This document shows, one piece after another, positions 1 through 10,527 of a stretch of 64,000 nucleotides of DNA. The notes under the pieces were generated by a model. The model made no database searches, was not told the DNA's origin, and was given only the letters and a program-made list of their open reading frames with translations. The stretch spans positions 4,079 to 68,078 of the IMG/VR virus record IMGVR_UViG_3300024265_000047; one strand, written 5' to 3'. The first letter of the stretch is position 1. Every line of letters starts with the position of its first letter. Source of the stretch: a virus. A program made the position numbers and the translations under genes.

Positions 1-1516
1 TCGTAAGAGCAGTATCACCCTTAAAAAATGCAGCTTCTGTTAATTCATATCCATCCAAACTTACCCATAAATAATTTGTAGCAGATCCAAAATAAATTTT
101 ATTATCTATTTTAGCCACATTTTCTATAAAAGTATCCTTTGTATTATCACTTGATAAAGCATCCAAATTAACTGCATAACTTCCACCACTTGATGTTGTT
201 GTTATACTGTATTCTTTTCCATTATTTGTAGCAGGATCATATACCCACCATCCAGCAGATGTTCCTGCATATATAATATTATCTATCGTTGCTAAATTGT
301 ATATTCTATCGTGTTGTAAAGGATCAACATTAACTGGATGTGAACCTCCATCTGTTGTAGTTGTATCTAAAAGAGTTCCTTCACCAGCACCTGTTGTTGC
401 AAATTCATCATATAACCATAATCCATAATCCCATAATCCACAAACTACAATATCTCTATCCTCATCATTAACGAACCATGCAACCTTTTCTATTGCATTT
501 GCTGGTATTACATCTCCAATTACTTCATAACTACCTCCACCACCTGTTGTAGTAGTATTCAAAAGTTTTCCAGTATCTGTTGCTATATCATACAACCAAA
601 CTTGTTTAGTTGGTGAACCACTAACAGCAATTTTTGTATTATCTGAATTAGGATATATGTTTTGTATTCTCCACATATTACTTGGAATAGGATCTCCATT
701 TGCAGGTGTCAAAGTAGAATATGAACCATCCATTAGATCAACAACTCTTATATATATCTCCCATCCGCCAACATATAATTTATCGTTATCAACATCAATC
801 CATGCACATCTCCAAGCATTAGATCCAGTTGTTGTACTGCCTGGAACAATCAAACCTATATTCGTTGCATAATCATATCTCCATACTGATGTTTGAGTAC
901 ATACATAAAGATAATCATTATAACTATCATACATCACATTTAATGTATTTTCATCAGGTAAAGGATCTCCATCTACTGCATTTATTCCAGTAGACGATGT
1001 TGTGGTATAACTATAATATTTTCCAGTATTTGTATAAACATTATATTCATACAAACCACCACTGTTATATGTTATAAATATTCTCTTATCGTTTCCATTT
1101 ACATATTGAGTAGTTCCATATATGGTACCTTCTCCACTATCTGGTAATGCATCTCCCTTTATTGCATAATCTCCAGTACCTTCTACACTAGAAACATCAT
1201 CCAATTCTAAACCAGTTGCTCCAAAATATTCAATTCCTCCGATATTTATATCTATTCCATTGACTAAAACTTTCATGTGTGAACCTGATAAAGGTGCTTC
1301 TGTTACTGTAGTATCACAAGCCAAATCTCCAACATTAACAGTTGTTTCTGCTGTCATGTTTTTGTTTTCTATACTTGATGATGTATTTGAAGAACTTGAT
1401 TCTAAGTAATCTACAGTTACTGCGGCTTTAGGATCTGAACCTGTTGGTGTTGTAAGATTCAATTTATTTTGTGTAACCGTACTATCTTTAATTTGTTTAC
1501 CATCTAACTGACCCAT
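1..1516 (-). CDS. Repeat-containing (beta-propeller-like) virion/receptor-binding protein, 3' end outside window
   Basis: Not in the ORF track because it runs off the edge. ATG at 1516 reads MGQLDGKQIKDSTVTQNKLNL. It carries ~60-aa repeats such as SYTTTSSTGINAVDGDPLP, LNTTTTGGGGSYEVIGDVIP and LDTTTTDGGSHPVNVDPLQ. An ATATATAA motif lies just upstream. Confidence 0.7.
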   Translation of the reverse strand, partial: MGQLDGKQIKDSTVTQNKLNLTTPTGSDPKAAVTVDYLESSSSNTSSSIENKNMTAETTVNVGDLACDTTVTEAPLSGSHMKVLVNGIDINIGGIEYFGATGLELDDVSSVEGTGDYAIKGDALPDSGEGTIYGTTQYVNGNDKRIFITYNSGGLYEYNVYTNTGKYYSYTTTSSTGINAVDGDPLPDENTLNVMYDSYNDYLYVCTQTSVWRYDYATNIGLIVPGSTTTGSNAWRCAWIDVDNDKLYVGGWEIYIRVVDLMDGSYSTLTPANGDPIPSNMWRIQNIYPNSDNTKIAVSGSPTKQVWLYDIATDTGKLLNTTTTGGGGSYEVIGDVIPANAIEKVAWFVNDEDRDIVVCGLWDYGLWLYDEFATTGAGEGTLLDTTTTDGGSHPVNVDPLQHDRIYNLATIDNIIYAGTSAGWWVYDPATNNGKEYSITTTSSGGSYAVNLDALSSDNTKDTFIENVAKIDNKIYFGSATNYLWVSLDGYELTEAAFFKGDTALT

Positions 1517-1556
1517 CAATAAAACTATTTTTATTATATATCAAGGTTTGATGAAT

Positions 1557-3227
1557 TTATTTTATTTCGCTTACTTCTAAATTACTAAATCCATGCTTCT
1601 TAAATATTTCTATTTTTTTATCAAATATTTCAGTAGGTAATACTGTGTGGTTTATTACGAATGTATTTAAATCAATATCCTTTATTGTTTCATTCAACAC
1701 TCTTAATATTGAATATATTCCATCTGCATCTATGCTTGAAAATATCTCATCTAAAAAAAGTATATTTAAACCTGGATATCTTATTTTCATCATCTTTATA
1801 AGAGCTATAATGATAATAAAATCTAATTTCTTTTTCTCTCCTGTACTCAAAGTTTTAGCATTAATTTCTTCTCCTAAACTCGTGATATGTGGATCGAATT
1901 TGTTATCAAAAAATACTTTAAAATGTAAATGAACTGTTCTTAAAAGATCTGCTATCATCTTATTCAATGTTGGTAATATCATTTTCATTGCAACATTTTT
2001 GATACCTTCTTCTCCCAATACCTCATCAACAATTTTTAAGAAATATAATTTATCTCCATATTCTAATTTATCTTTATATTTTTTCTGTTCTTTTTCTTTT
2101 GATTCTTGTACAAGTTTATCTAAATATTTAAATTGATCATTTTTTCCTTTATTAACTATTTCAATCAACTCATTTTTAAATGATAACATGTTAGCATCAA
2201 ATGTTGATATCTTTGAAATTACTTTATGTTGGTTATCTCTATTCTTTATAAAATCTTTCTTTTTAGTTAACAGGGTATTTTCTAATGTATCAAGTTCCTT
2301 TTGATTTATAGAATATTCATCTAAAAATAACTGTAATTTCTTTTTATGAAAATCTGAAGATAGATCAGATTCACATTCAGGACACTGTTTATTTTTATAC
2401 AAACTAGTTTTCTTAACTATTTCATTCTGTCTATTCTGTAATTTATTATATCTACCTTTATGTTTTTCTATTATGTTTTCTGCATCTTTTACTTTTTTAT
2501 CTATCTTTCCCTTTGCATCTTTCAGTAATTTTTTATTTTCATTTAACTTTAAAAGTTTTGTTTTTAATTCATTTATTTTCCTTTTATCTTTTTCTGTAGA
2601 TGTTTTTTCAAGTTCATTAAGCTTTGCGTTTATAGATGTAATAGATTCGGTTATCATTCCAAGTTCTTTTTCATATATCGCAATATCTGATTCAATAGAT
2701 TTCTTTTCCTGTTTAAGTGCTTCTCTCATTTCATTTATAATAGAAAAACCAAATATTTTATCTACAATCATTTTCTTATCAGAAGGACTCATAAATAAAA
2801 ATGATTTAAAATCATTAACAGAAAGAATGATTATGTTCTTAAATACATGGAATGGAATATCATAAAATTCTTTTTCTAAATAATCTTGAACATTCAATTT
2901 ACCTGCTTGATCATATTCAACACCATTGATAAAAACTTTGAATATGTTTGGTCTCATTCCTCGTTCAATCTCTAAATGGGTATTTTTAACATTAAAATCT
3001 ATCTTACCCCATAAACTTTTGTTTATTCTGTTTGGAAGATCTGTTAAATTTATACCATCAACTTTTCCATACAATAAAAATTTTATAACATTTGCTATGG
3101 TAGATTTACCTGATCCATTTGCTCCAAAAACTAAATACAAATCAGCTTCCTTTTTGGAAAAATTTACAGTCTGTGTTTTGTTTCCATAACTTGCAAAATT
3201 TTTAAATGATACTGTATTTATTTTCAT
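1557..3227 (-). CDS. sbcC: gp46/SbcC/Rad50-like recombination ATPase
   Basis: Walker A GANGSGKS, coiled coil with CPEC zinc hook, signature LSTGE, Walker B FLDEIF; adjacent to the gp47-like nuclease. Confidence 0.95.
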   Translation of the reverse strand: MKINTVSFKNFASYGNKTQTVNFSKKEADLYLVFGANGSGKSTIANVIKFLLYGKVDGINLTDLPNRINKSLWGKIDFNVKNTHLEIERGMRPNIFKVFINGVEYDQAGKLNVQDYLEKEFYDIPFHVFKNIIILSVNDFKSFLFMSPSDKKMIVDKIFGFSIINEMREALKQEKKSIESDIAIYEKELGMITESITSINAKLNELEKTSTEKDKRKINELKTKLLKLNENKKLLKDAKGKIDKKVKDAENIIEKHKGRYNKLQNRQNEIVKKTSLYKNKQCPECESDLSSDFHKKKLQLFLDEYSINQKELDTLENTLLTKKKDFIKNRDNQHKVISKISTFDANMLSFKNELIEIVNKGKNDQFKYLDKLVQESKEKEQKKYKDKLEYGDKLYFLKIVDEVLGEEGIKNVAMKMILPTLNKMIADLLRTVHLHFKVFFDNKFDPHITSLGEEINAKTLSTGEKKKLDFIIIIALIKMMKIRYPGLNILFLDEIFSSIDADGIYSILRVLNETIKDIDLNTFVINHTVLPTEIFDKKIEIFKKHGFSNLEVSEIK

Positions 3228-4316
3228 CTATTTTGTTTTATTAATAACTTCCTCGTATAATTCCTTTATTTTAAATTCTATTTTATCTTTCATATTCTTT
3301 TCATATGAAGATTTATCTAGATGTTTGTTTGCTATTTTAAGTATATTAAAATTACTATAATCATCGCTATCAATATCTTCTAAATTTCCTTCTTCAGTAT
3401 CATCATAAATATACGGTTCAACCAATATGGCATGGTTTTCTAACATATCCATAAGTTTACTAAAATTATACTTTATTGCATCTTGTCCAGCAACATACAA
3501 ATCAACAAAATTGTTTTCTATTTTATTTCTTAATTCTGATATTGTCATTTCATAAAGGTATTTTAAATTCATCTTTATAAAATGTGGTGAATAATTGTTT
3601 GGAAAATAAGTTTCTTTAAATGATTGTATATCTAATAGAAATATTCCTTTTTTGTTATACATATCAGCCCTTGTCATTTCAAACGGATTACCTATGTATC
3701 TTATATTTTTTTTCTTTTGTGCATAATGAATATGACCAGAATAAACTTTGTTATAAAATTGATATGCACTTGCATTAACTCCATGTTGTTGAATAGATTT
3801 TTTGTTTAGTTTTATTCCCTGAACTTCTGAATGACAAAATAAATAAGAAGCTCCTTTAAAACGTTCCAATGTATCAATTTCTGCTTCTGGACTTTTTTGC
3901 CATGGCATCATTAAAACAGATTTACCATTTATGTCTAACATTTCTGTATCCTTATATATCTTAACATTTTTAATATTCTTAAGACACTTGAGTGATGTTA
4001 TTTCATTTGATTCTTTTCTATATATGTCATGATTACCTGTTATAATATGTATCTGTTTAAATATTTCTGATAGATCTTCAAATAAATCTATAACAGTATT
4101 TTGAACGAGTATCTGTATACTTTGTCTGTTATCAAATATATCACCTATGACAAATAAAACATCACCTGGTTTGTATTCTTTTTTTACGAGTGGTATAAAG
4201 AATTCGTAAAAATAATTCTTTTGTAATTTTAACCATTCTAGTGAATTCGCCCTTACACCAAAGTGAATATCTGATATACACCAAACCCTTTTTATGTAAT
4301 TAGTATCAAAATTCAT
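3228..4316 (-). CDS. sbcD: gp47/SbcD/Mre11-like metallophosphoesterase nuclease
   Basis: SDIHFG, GDIFD, GNHD and GHIH metallophosphoesterase motifs; coupled to gp46. Confidence 0.95.
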   Translation of the reverse strand: MNFDTNYIKRVWCISDIHFGVRANSLEWLKLQKNYFYEFFIPLVKKEYKPGDVLFVIGDIFDNRQSIQILVQNTVIDLFEDLSEIFKQIHIITGNHDIYRKESNEITSLKCLKNIKNVKIYKDTEMLDINGKSVLMMPWQKSPEAEIDTLERFKGASYLFCHSEVQGIKLNKKSIQQHGVNASAYQFYNKVYSGHIHYAQKKKNIRYIGNPFEMTRADMYNKKGIFLLDIQSFKETYFPNNYSPHFIKMNLKYLYEMTISELRNKIENNFVDLYVAGQDAIKYNFSKLMDMLENHAILVEPYIYDDTEEGNLEDIDSDDYSNFNILKIANKHLDKSSYEKNMKDKIEFKIKELYEEVINKTK

Positions 4317-4341
4317 CTATATCCTGGCGTTAATAATTGTT

Positions 4342-4785
4342 TTAAAAAAGTTTACGTATTTTTTTCTTTTCGAGAATGTTTGTGGTAACATCTAGTTCTT
4401 CTACTAGATCGTGTTTGAATTTGTTTGAAAGGGATGTATAAAATTTGGTGGGATAGATATCAAAATATTCGGAAAGCATCGACCATATTTCTATTTTTCT
4501 ATAGCCGTTCGGTAAACCCGTTATCACATAACTATATACCTGATTTATTTGAACCTTATTTAATTTAATGATATTGCCATTTTCATCTAACTGATTAAAT
4601 CTTTCAAATTCAGAATCAACTATCATTTTTTGGATTTCACCATACAAAATATTACTATGAATTTCGTCTTCAGGATCTCCGGTTTGATTATAAACAGAAC
4701 TTATGTTAAAGGACATGTTGGAAACAAAGTCCATTTCTTTTTCCTCGTATTTATTATCAAAAATTTTATCTAATTTTTTTCGCAT
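4342..4785 (-). CDS. Hypothetical phage protein
   Basis: 147-aa ORF in the operon, with its own AAAC-N17-TATAAT motif upstream. Confidence 0.7.
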   Translation of the reverse strand: MRKKLDKIFDNKYEEKEMDFVSNMSFNISSVYNQTGDPEDEIHSNILYGEIQKMIVDSEFERFNQLDENGNIIKLNKVQINQVYSYVITGLPNGYRKIEIWSMLSEYFDIYPTKFYTSLSNKFKHDLVEELDVTTNILEKKKIRKLF

Positions 4786-4804
4786 TTAAACTCTTATTTA
4801 AAGT

Positions 4805-4831
4805 ATTATATTCAAAAACTTTAATTTGTTT
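4805..4831 (-). promoter_or_regulatory. AAAC-N17-TATAAT promoter
   Basis: Minus strand reads AAAC aaattaaagtttttgaa TATAAT. Confidence 0.7.
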
Positions 4832-4835
4832 ATTT

Positions 4836-6140
4836 TTATACGTCACTCGATCCAACAACATTTCCCGTTTCAATTAATCTCATGTATTCATAGTTGATAT
4901 TGAATGTACATTTAGTACCTTTTCCAAAACCATCTCTAATTTTTAATACTTTTAAAATATATTGATTTTCAGTATGCATGATTGTATCCTGTATGATTGC
5001 ATAAACAATATCTGCTGTATGTGCTAAACCTGCAGATTCGGCAATATTTTCCATTTTAACTTCTGTAGAATCCCATCCTCCTCTGTTTATCTGTGTTGCT
5101 GAAATTATAAGAAAATCGTTTCTAACTGCCATCCCTCTAAGATCCTCAGCTATTTGTTTGATTTTCATGTATGTGTTTTCAGTATGTGGATTTCTATAAT
5201 TTTTTACAATATTGATGTAATCAATAATAACAACTTGTACTTTTATACCAGTAATTTCTTCCAATTCTTTAAGATAGGCTTCTATATCAGGAACACCTGC
5301 AGCTGATGTAGGATACTCCTTTATGAACAATTTTCCTGGAGGCATAACACCTGAACCAACTGTTGCTAATTTTCTTTTTATCATCTTATGATCTCTACTC
5401 AATTGATCATATTCTGACATCTTTATGTTTAGAATGTTTGCACCAATTCTTTTAACAACCTTTGAAGCTCCCATTTCAAATGTTATAAAAACGGTATTAT
5501 AACCTCTTGTAACAAAATCTGCAGCATCATTAGCCAACCATATTGATTTACCTATATTCTGTTCACCTGCATATACAATTAAAGTCTTTTTGTCATATCC
5601 TCCCCCTGTAATACCATCAACAAAATTTTTACCTGAATTTACTTTGTTTGTTTTATCCTGTTTATGATCTTCAACATTAAAAAAATCCAAACCAAGATCA
5701 GTATCAAAAGTAATGTTACCCTTTTCCTGTAACATCTTAATCGCTTTGTTTATGATACCATCAACATTATCAGGATCAACGTTTTGTGTCTTGATGTATT
5801 CCATCATATTGATCATCTGAGAATCGAAATTTCTCCATTTGATCCAAGATTCTGAAATTCTTTTTAACCAATCTTCATCATATTCTCTTAAGTTTGTAGC
5901 ATATACTGTATTAATAAGATCAGCATCTATTTTATCCTTATACTTACTTTGTTGTATAAGTAGTTTCATCTGATCTTTACGCGGTGATTCTTTATGTTTT
6001 TCGTAAAATTCTGCGGCAGTATTTGCTAAAATATCTATAAATTCATCAGTAAAAAATCCCTTATAGAATTTTGAAAAATACCTTGGTTTTTCTAACGCAT
6101 AAAGAAAAAACAGTTTTTCATAATCGGTTGAATAATCCAT
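4836..6140 (-). CDS. dnaB: gp41/DnaB-like replicative helicase
   Basis: Walker A AGEQNIGKS, FITFEM, IIDYIN, SATQINR and AES motifs of SF4 helicases. Confidence 0.93.
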   Translation of the reverse strand: MDYSTDYEKLFFLYALEKPRYFSKFYKGFFTDEFIDILANTAAEFYEKHKESPRKDQMKLLIQQSKYKDKIDADLINTVYATNLREYDEDWLKRISESWIKWRNFDSQMINMMEYIKTQNVDPDNVDGIINKAIKMLQEKGNITFDTDLGLDFFNVEDHKQDKTNKVNSGKNFVDGITGGGYDKKTLIVYAGEQNIGKSIWLANDAADFVTRGYNTVFITFEMGASKVVKRIGANILNIKMSEYDQLSRDHKMIKRKLATVGSGVMPPGKLFIKEYPTSAAGVPDIEAYLKELEEITGIKVQVVIIDYINIVKNYRNPHTENTYMKIKQIAEDLRGMAVRNDFLIISATQINRGGWDSTEVKMENIAESAGLAHTADIVYAIIQDTIMHTENQYILKVLKIRDGFGKGTKCTFNINYEYMRLIETGNVVGSSDV

Positions 6141-6164
6141 ATTTTTAAAATATTTAGTGTAAAT

Positions 6165-6191
6165 ATTATATTTGCATTTATTATTTTGTTT
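6165..6191 (-). promoter_or_regulatory. AAAC-N17-TATAAT promoter
   Basis: Minus strand reads AAAC aaaataataaatgcaaa TATAAT, upstream of the helicase. Confidence 0.7.
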
Positions 6192-6192
6192 A

Positions 6193-6501
6193 TTAATCAG
6201 TTAAAAACGGATTTTTAATTAACTTGTAAACATTTCTTGTTTTTAATTCTTTTTGTATTTCAATTATTCCCTTCTTTTCCAATTCTTTTAATTTTTCATC
6301 AAAAATATCTTTGTTTATTTCATACTGATTTCTTAATGTATTATCGGAAAATTCAGTATCTGTTAAACTGTTATTCAATCTAAGCCAATCGATTATCAAA
6401 TATGATACATCTTCAGTGGTTGGGAAATCACTTAAATGAATGTAATTTCCCAACACATATTTAACTTTTAGCTTAGATTCATCTATGTTTAAATCTATCA
6501 T
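6193..6501 (-). CDS. Hypothetical protein, possible winged-helix DNA-binding domain
   Basis: C-terminal LKELEKKGIIEI...NVYKL resembles a wHTH recognition helix plus wing. Confidence 0.5.
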   Translation of the reverse strand: MIDLNIDESKLKVKYVLGNYIHLSDFPTTEDVSYLIIDWLRLNNSLTDTEFSDNTLRNQYEINKDIFDEKLKELEKKGIIEIQKELKTRNVYKLIKNPFLTD

Positions 6502-6513
6502 TGCTATAAGTTT

Positions 6514-7806
6514 TTATCCTGGACCTGCGTCCCCTGTACCCTTTATTGCTTTTATTTCGTCCTTTAATAATGTATCTATCTGTTCTAATTCTGCTGAATC
6601 ATCATCAGCATATTCAAAGTTTTCTTTTATTATTTCATTTATACTTTCAAGAACTTCTTTTGTAAATACTTTTGATGTAAACAACTCAGAACCATCTATA
6701 CTTCTACCTAAATGTCTTACTGCTAATCCCTTACTCGTTCCACCTATACCAAGCATCTTTCCGTTATCTGGATCTACAAAATAACTATCTTCATCATCTA
6801 CTTTGAATTTTGTAGCAGCTACTAATTCTCCAGCAAGAATCATTTTCTTTTTCTTAATTTCACTCTTTTCTTTTTCAATTTTTTTACCAACCTTCTCTAT
6901 TTCTTTTTCAGTTATAATTATTCCTTTTTCAATTCCACAAGTTTCCCATGAAATGTAATTTTCTAATCCTACATATTTATTCATACCCTTTGTGTAATGT
7001 ATATGGAATTTTATTGGTGTTGGTATACTGAATCTATTCTTGTTTGGTTTTGCTTTTACAATTATGCCTGTTTTAGAATCACCTTCCTTTAATTGTGCTT
7101 TACCTAAAAACAATATAATAGAAGCTCCGTATTCAGGTCCCCGACCACCTCCACTCACTTCCATTGAAATGAATGATTGTGTTTGATAAGTATGATTTGT
7201 AAATATAAATAATGAATTTATTTCACCCAATCTAATCATCATTATTCTAAAAATAGATTTAAGTATTTTAGCTCTTGTCATATCTGCTTTTTCAGAACCT
7301 GAAACTGCATCATCGATTTCTTTTTGTGTAGCTAAATTACCTGCTGAATCTAACGCAATAAGAATTTTTGGTATTGTAGTACCATCTCTTTTCTTTTCAA
7401 TCAAAACTTTTGTGAGATTTGTTACTGAAGTTCTAAATTCCTGTACTGTACCAACAGGTTCATATCTTATCTTAGTTGTATCAATACCAAACTTTTCTGC
7501 AAGTTCAGAATCAACCGCATTTTCAGAATCATAGAATACTACATAGTATCCCATCTTTTGCGCTTCTCTAATTGCATTAAGTAACAAATACGTTTTTCCA
7601 GTACCCGAAGGTCCTGATAATTGAATTGCTCTATTAGATGGATATCCTCTAAAAATAGATCCAGTCAAACATGCATTAAGGTGATAGTTTCCACTGTGAA
7701 TGTATTCACTAACCTTACTTACTTCGTTTTCGTTCAATTTACTTCCAAGAATACTAACCTTTGATAGTGCTTCATTTAAATCATCAAATGTGAATTCTTT
7801 TGCCAT
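6514..7806 (-). CDS. uvsX: UvsX/RecA-like recombinase
   Basis: Walker A GPSGTGKT, YDSENA, LDSAGNL, KADMTRAK, NHTY and SGG motifs. Confidence 0.93.
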   Translation of the reverse strand: MAKEFTFDDLNEALSKVSILGSKLNENEVSKVSEYIHSGNYHLNACLTGSIFRGYPSNRAIQLSGPSGTGKTYLLLNAIREAQKMGYYVVFYDSENAVDSELAEKFGIDTTKIRYEPVGTVQEFRTSVTNLTKVLIEKKRDGTTIPKILIALDSAGNLATQKEIDDAVSGSEKADMTRAKILKSIFRIMMIRLGEINSLFIFTNHTYQTQSFISMEVSGGGRGPEYGASIILFLGKAQLKEGDSKTGIIVKAKPNKNRFSIPTPIKFHIHYTKGMNKYVGLENYISWETCGIEKGIIITEKEIEKVGKKIEKEKSEIKKKKMILAGELVAATKFKVDDEDSYFVDPDNGKMLGIGGTSKGLAVRHLGRSIDGSELFTSKVFTKEVLESINEIIKENFEYADDDSAELEQIDTLLKDEIKAIKGTGDAGPG

Positions 7807-7807
7807 T

Positions 7808-8203
7808 TTAATCTTTCTTTTTTTCTGTTATTTTTATTATTCGTATAATATCCTCCTGCTTTTTTTCTCCATATATTATATTATCTTCAATTAATTTTAC
7901 ATTTCGACCTTTACTTGTTAATTCAATATAGTCATACTCTTTAGGCTCTGATAAAATTTCTTCAAATATAGTCATTGAAGTACTCTTATTAATTATAATA
8001 AGATCATGTAATTCTTTACCTAATTTTCCATAAAATACAACACGTTCTGCACCTACATTAGTTTGACGTTCACCAGATATAGCATTATCAAATGCTAATA
8101 TTCTACTTACACAATTATTTAATGATTCTGGTGAAATAAATTTCTTATCAGTTCTTTCTATTTCTAATATTGATCGTTCTTTATAAAATTTTTCGTAATC
8201 CAT
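7808..8203 (-). CDS. Hypothetical protein
   Basis: 131-aa ORF tightly packed between the polymerase C-half and uvsX. Confidence 0.65.
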   Translation of the reverse strand: MDYEKFYKERSILEIERTDKKFISPESLNNCVSRILAFDNAISGERQTNVGAERVVFYGKLGKELHDLIIINKSTSMTIFEEILSEPKEYDYIELTSKGRNVKLIEDNIIYGEKKQEDIIRIIKITEKKKD

Positions 8204-8204
8204 T

Positions 8205-9383
8205 CTAAAATACGGTTGTTGAATATAATAAATTTCTATCTAAAACTTGTAAACCTATTGCATGTATTACTCTATTAATTGGAGATAAAATTACTTTTTC
8301 AAACTGTAATTCCATATCTATTTTAGGGGCAATCTCGTAGGGAAATTCTCCCGCTATGTATGAAAATACATTACATCCTTTATCCATAGAATAATACATT
8401 TTAACTTTTTCGCCACTTGTTATCAATCTATATTTTTTCTTGTACTCCTTGGAATTGTTTATTATAAAATTATGATATCCAGCTCCTCTAACATGTACAG
8501 GACAGCCCTTTATTACTTCAAATGTTTTATAATCATTTTCAATATATTTAGTATAATTATTTATACGAACATTTTTTGATATGTTTTCTATGTCAGAAAG
8601 TTTAAATTTGTTTTTTAATTTTTTAAGTTTTCTTACTATTTTTGCTATCTTAACATTTTTATTATCTGCAAATATTAATGATAACAATTCTTTCAATTCA
8701 GTTCTTGCAAATAGAGGTGTTGATGATTGTATGATTTCAAATCCCTTTGCTTTTATTTTACTTAAAGATTCAAAACTTATATCAGGATCCTTCCATACCA
8801 AATCTTGAATGTATTTTTTCTTTGCCAACCATATACCAGATTTGGCAACACTTTCCAATTCAAAGAATAAAAAATTATCAGAATTATATGATTTTGCATA
8901 TTTTTCTAAAGCTGCAGCAATATATGCTTGAAGTCTATATTTATACAAATTAAGAATGAATGTCTTTTCATCACCTTCCCAATCTGATTTTTCTATAATT
9001 TCCTGAAATGAAACATAACAACTATCAGTATCAATATAAATTACTACAGGTTTAATAACTTGTCCTTTGATCTGTATTCCCATTTTTTCATGTACACTAA
9101 TATCAGTATGCCAAAACTTTTGAAAATAACTATTAAGAATCATTTCAGTAAAAAGAATTGCATTCTGTCCCTGTATAGTAATAGTTTCAGCTATATCAGT
9201 ATTATAGAAATAAAAATATTCGTTACCAAATGCACCGTATATAGAATTAAGCATTAATTTAATTGCCTGTTCATAATTAAAGTACCTTTGTGCTAGAATT
9301 TTTTTCTTTTTCTTTATTTTTTCTAATTCTAATATCGAAAGATTTTCGTAATATTCAATATCATTAGTTATGTTATCTTCCAT
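8205..9383 (-). CDS. polB: Family B DNA polymerase, C-terminal part (gp43B-like)
   Basis: Motif B KLMLNSIYG, motif C YIDTDS, KKKY, KGFE and thumb region; motif A and the exonuclease are absent. Confidence 0.93.
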   Translation of the reverse strand: MEDNITNDIEYYENLSILELEKIKKKKKILAQRYFNYEQAIKLMLNSIYGAFGNEYFYFYNTDIAETITIQGQNAILFTEMILNSYFQKFWHTDISVHEKMGIQIKGQVIKPVVIYIDTDSCYVSFQEIIEKSDWEGDEKTFILNLYKYRLQAYIAAALEKYAKSYNSDNFLFFELESVAKSGIWLAKKKYIQDLVWKDPDISFESLSKIKAKGFEIIQSSTPLFARTELKELLSLIFADNKNVKIAKIVRKLKKLKNKFKLSDIENISKNVRINNYTKYIENDYKTFEVIKGCPVHVRGAGYHNFIINNSKEYKKKYRLITSGEKVKMYYSMDKGCNVFSYIAGEFPYEIAPKIDMELQFEKVILSPINRVIHAIGLQVLDRNLLYSTTVF

Positions 9384-9385
9384 CT

Positions 9386-10177
9386 TTAAATTTCTATATC
9401 ATCAAAATCTGTATCATCTTCTACTGATGCACAAAGTGCAATCGTTAATAAAGTATTTGTATCAAGAGATCTTAAAAAGATTTTGTTAGTACATATTTCA
9501 ACTTCATAATTTTCTTTATCTAATAAAGGAATATATTTTTTATATACAGTTACTTCATTAAGTTCATCATCAAGTGTTTCACCTCTTTCTGATAAAATTG
9601 TATCATAGTTATTTCCAACAAGATTGATAACTTTATCTTTAAACTTCAACTTAAAAGTATCTTTTTCTGCTTTATCTAATTTAAATAAAGAAATCATCTT
9701 AGAAAGATCATCAATTCTTAATTTAAATTTAAATACTGCATTATCTCTATTAAATGCTCTTTTAATATCATCTTTAGGCATATCAATAAATGTCAGTGCT
9801 GGATCTGCACATGATAATTTTATACTTAATTTTTTATCGTATATCATAAAATCACTTGCAAAATAGCCTTCTTCACCATCCATTTGAGAATAGGTTATTT
9901 TACCTTGAACATTTTTATCAAAATAACTTAAAGATTCTATTATTTTTGGACCTTCATAAAATGATATTCTTAACATATCATCTAAAGGTTGTTCCAATTC
10001 AAATACATCTGGTACTTCAAAACTTACTAACTTAACAGCATCTTTTTGTGGAAGATAAACAGTAGAATTAATTGTTTTATTGTTCATCTTTATAAAAACA
10101 TACTTATCAATTGCTAATAATTTCTTAACAAAATGTTTGAATTCATCAACCTTAATTTCTTTGATTTTTAATTCCAT
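9386..10177 (-). CDS. Probable sliding clamp (gp45-like)
   Basis: 263-aa acidic alpha/beta protein with a two-domain layout, directly upstream of the polymerase; called on size, composition and context only. Confidence 0.6.
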   Translation of the reverse strand: MELKIKEIKVDEFKHFVKKLLAIDKYVFIKMNNKTINSTVYLPQKDAVKLVSFEVPDVFELEQPLDDMLRISFYEGPKIIESLSYFDKNVQGKITYSQMDGEEGYFASDFMIYDKKLSIKLSCADPALTFIDMPKDDIKRAFNRDNAVFKFKLRIDDLSKMISLFKLDKAEKDTFKLKFKDKVINLVGNNYDTILSERGETLDDELNEVTVYKKYIPLLDKENYEVEICTNKIFLRSLDTNTLLTIALCASVEDDTDFDDIEI

Positions 10178-10213
10178 TTCTTAGGAGTTTTTCAATTAAC
10201 ATATTTATTATTA

Positions 10214-10240
10214 ATTATATAGCGCATTAATAAAATGTTT
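10214..10240 (-). promoter_or_regulatory. AAAC-N17-TATAAT promoter
   Basis: Minus strand reads AAAC attttattaatgcgcta TATAAT, immediately downstream of a terminator. Confidence 0.75.
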
Positions 10241-10251
10241 ACAGGGCGTAT

Positions 10252-10280
10252 AAAAAAAGGGTTCAGTTGAACCCTTTTTT
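10252..10280. terminator. Intrinsic terminator (symmetric)
   Basis: aaaaaaagggttca-gt-tgaaccctttttt perfect inverted repeat with T tracts on both strands. Confidence 0.85.
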
Positions 10281-10300
10281 ATTTAATTGATAGGGGAGCC

Positions 10301-10477
10301 TTAAGACGTTTTTTTATTGTCTTGTATATCCACACGTAATGCTTGTGCGGCTTTTTTAACTTCTTGTAATAGTTTTCTTACTCTTGTTCCTGCACTCTTG
10401 TTACCCTTTTCATAAAATTTGTTGACATCACTTTCCATTGAGTCTATCAAATCTTTTAACTCTTCAAATTTTTCCAT
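10301..10477 (-). CDS. Histone H1-like Hc1-family small protein (58 aa)
   Basis: Not in the ORF track. Translates to MEKFEELKDLIDSMESDVNKFYEKGNKSAGTRVRKLLQEVKKAAQALRVDIQDNKKTS; KGNKSAGTRVRK is the Hc1 core. It has its own promoter and terminator. Confidence 0.88.
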   Translation of the reverse strand: MEKFEELKDLIDSMESDVNKFYEKGNKSAGTRVRKLLQEVKKAAQALRVDIQDNKKTS

Positions 10478-10527
10478 AATCTTTATTTTTTTAATTTTAA
10501 AAATTTCATATTTTAGAAATTTATAAT

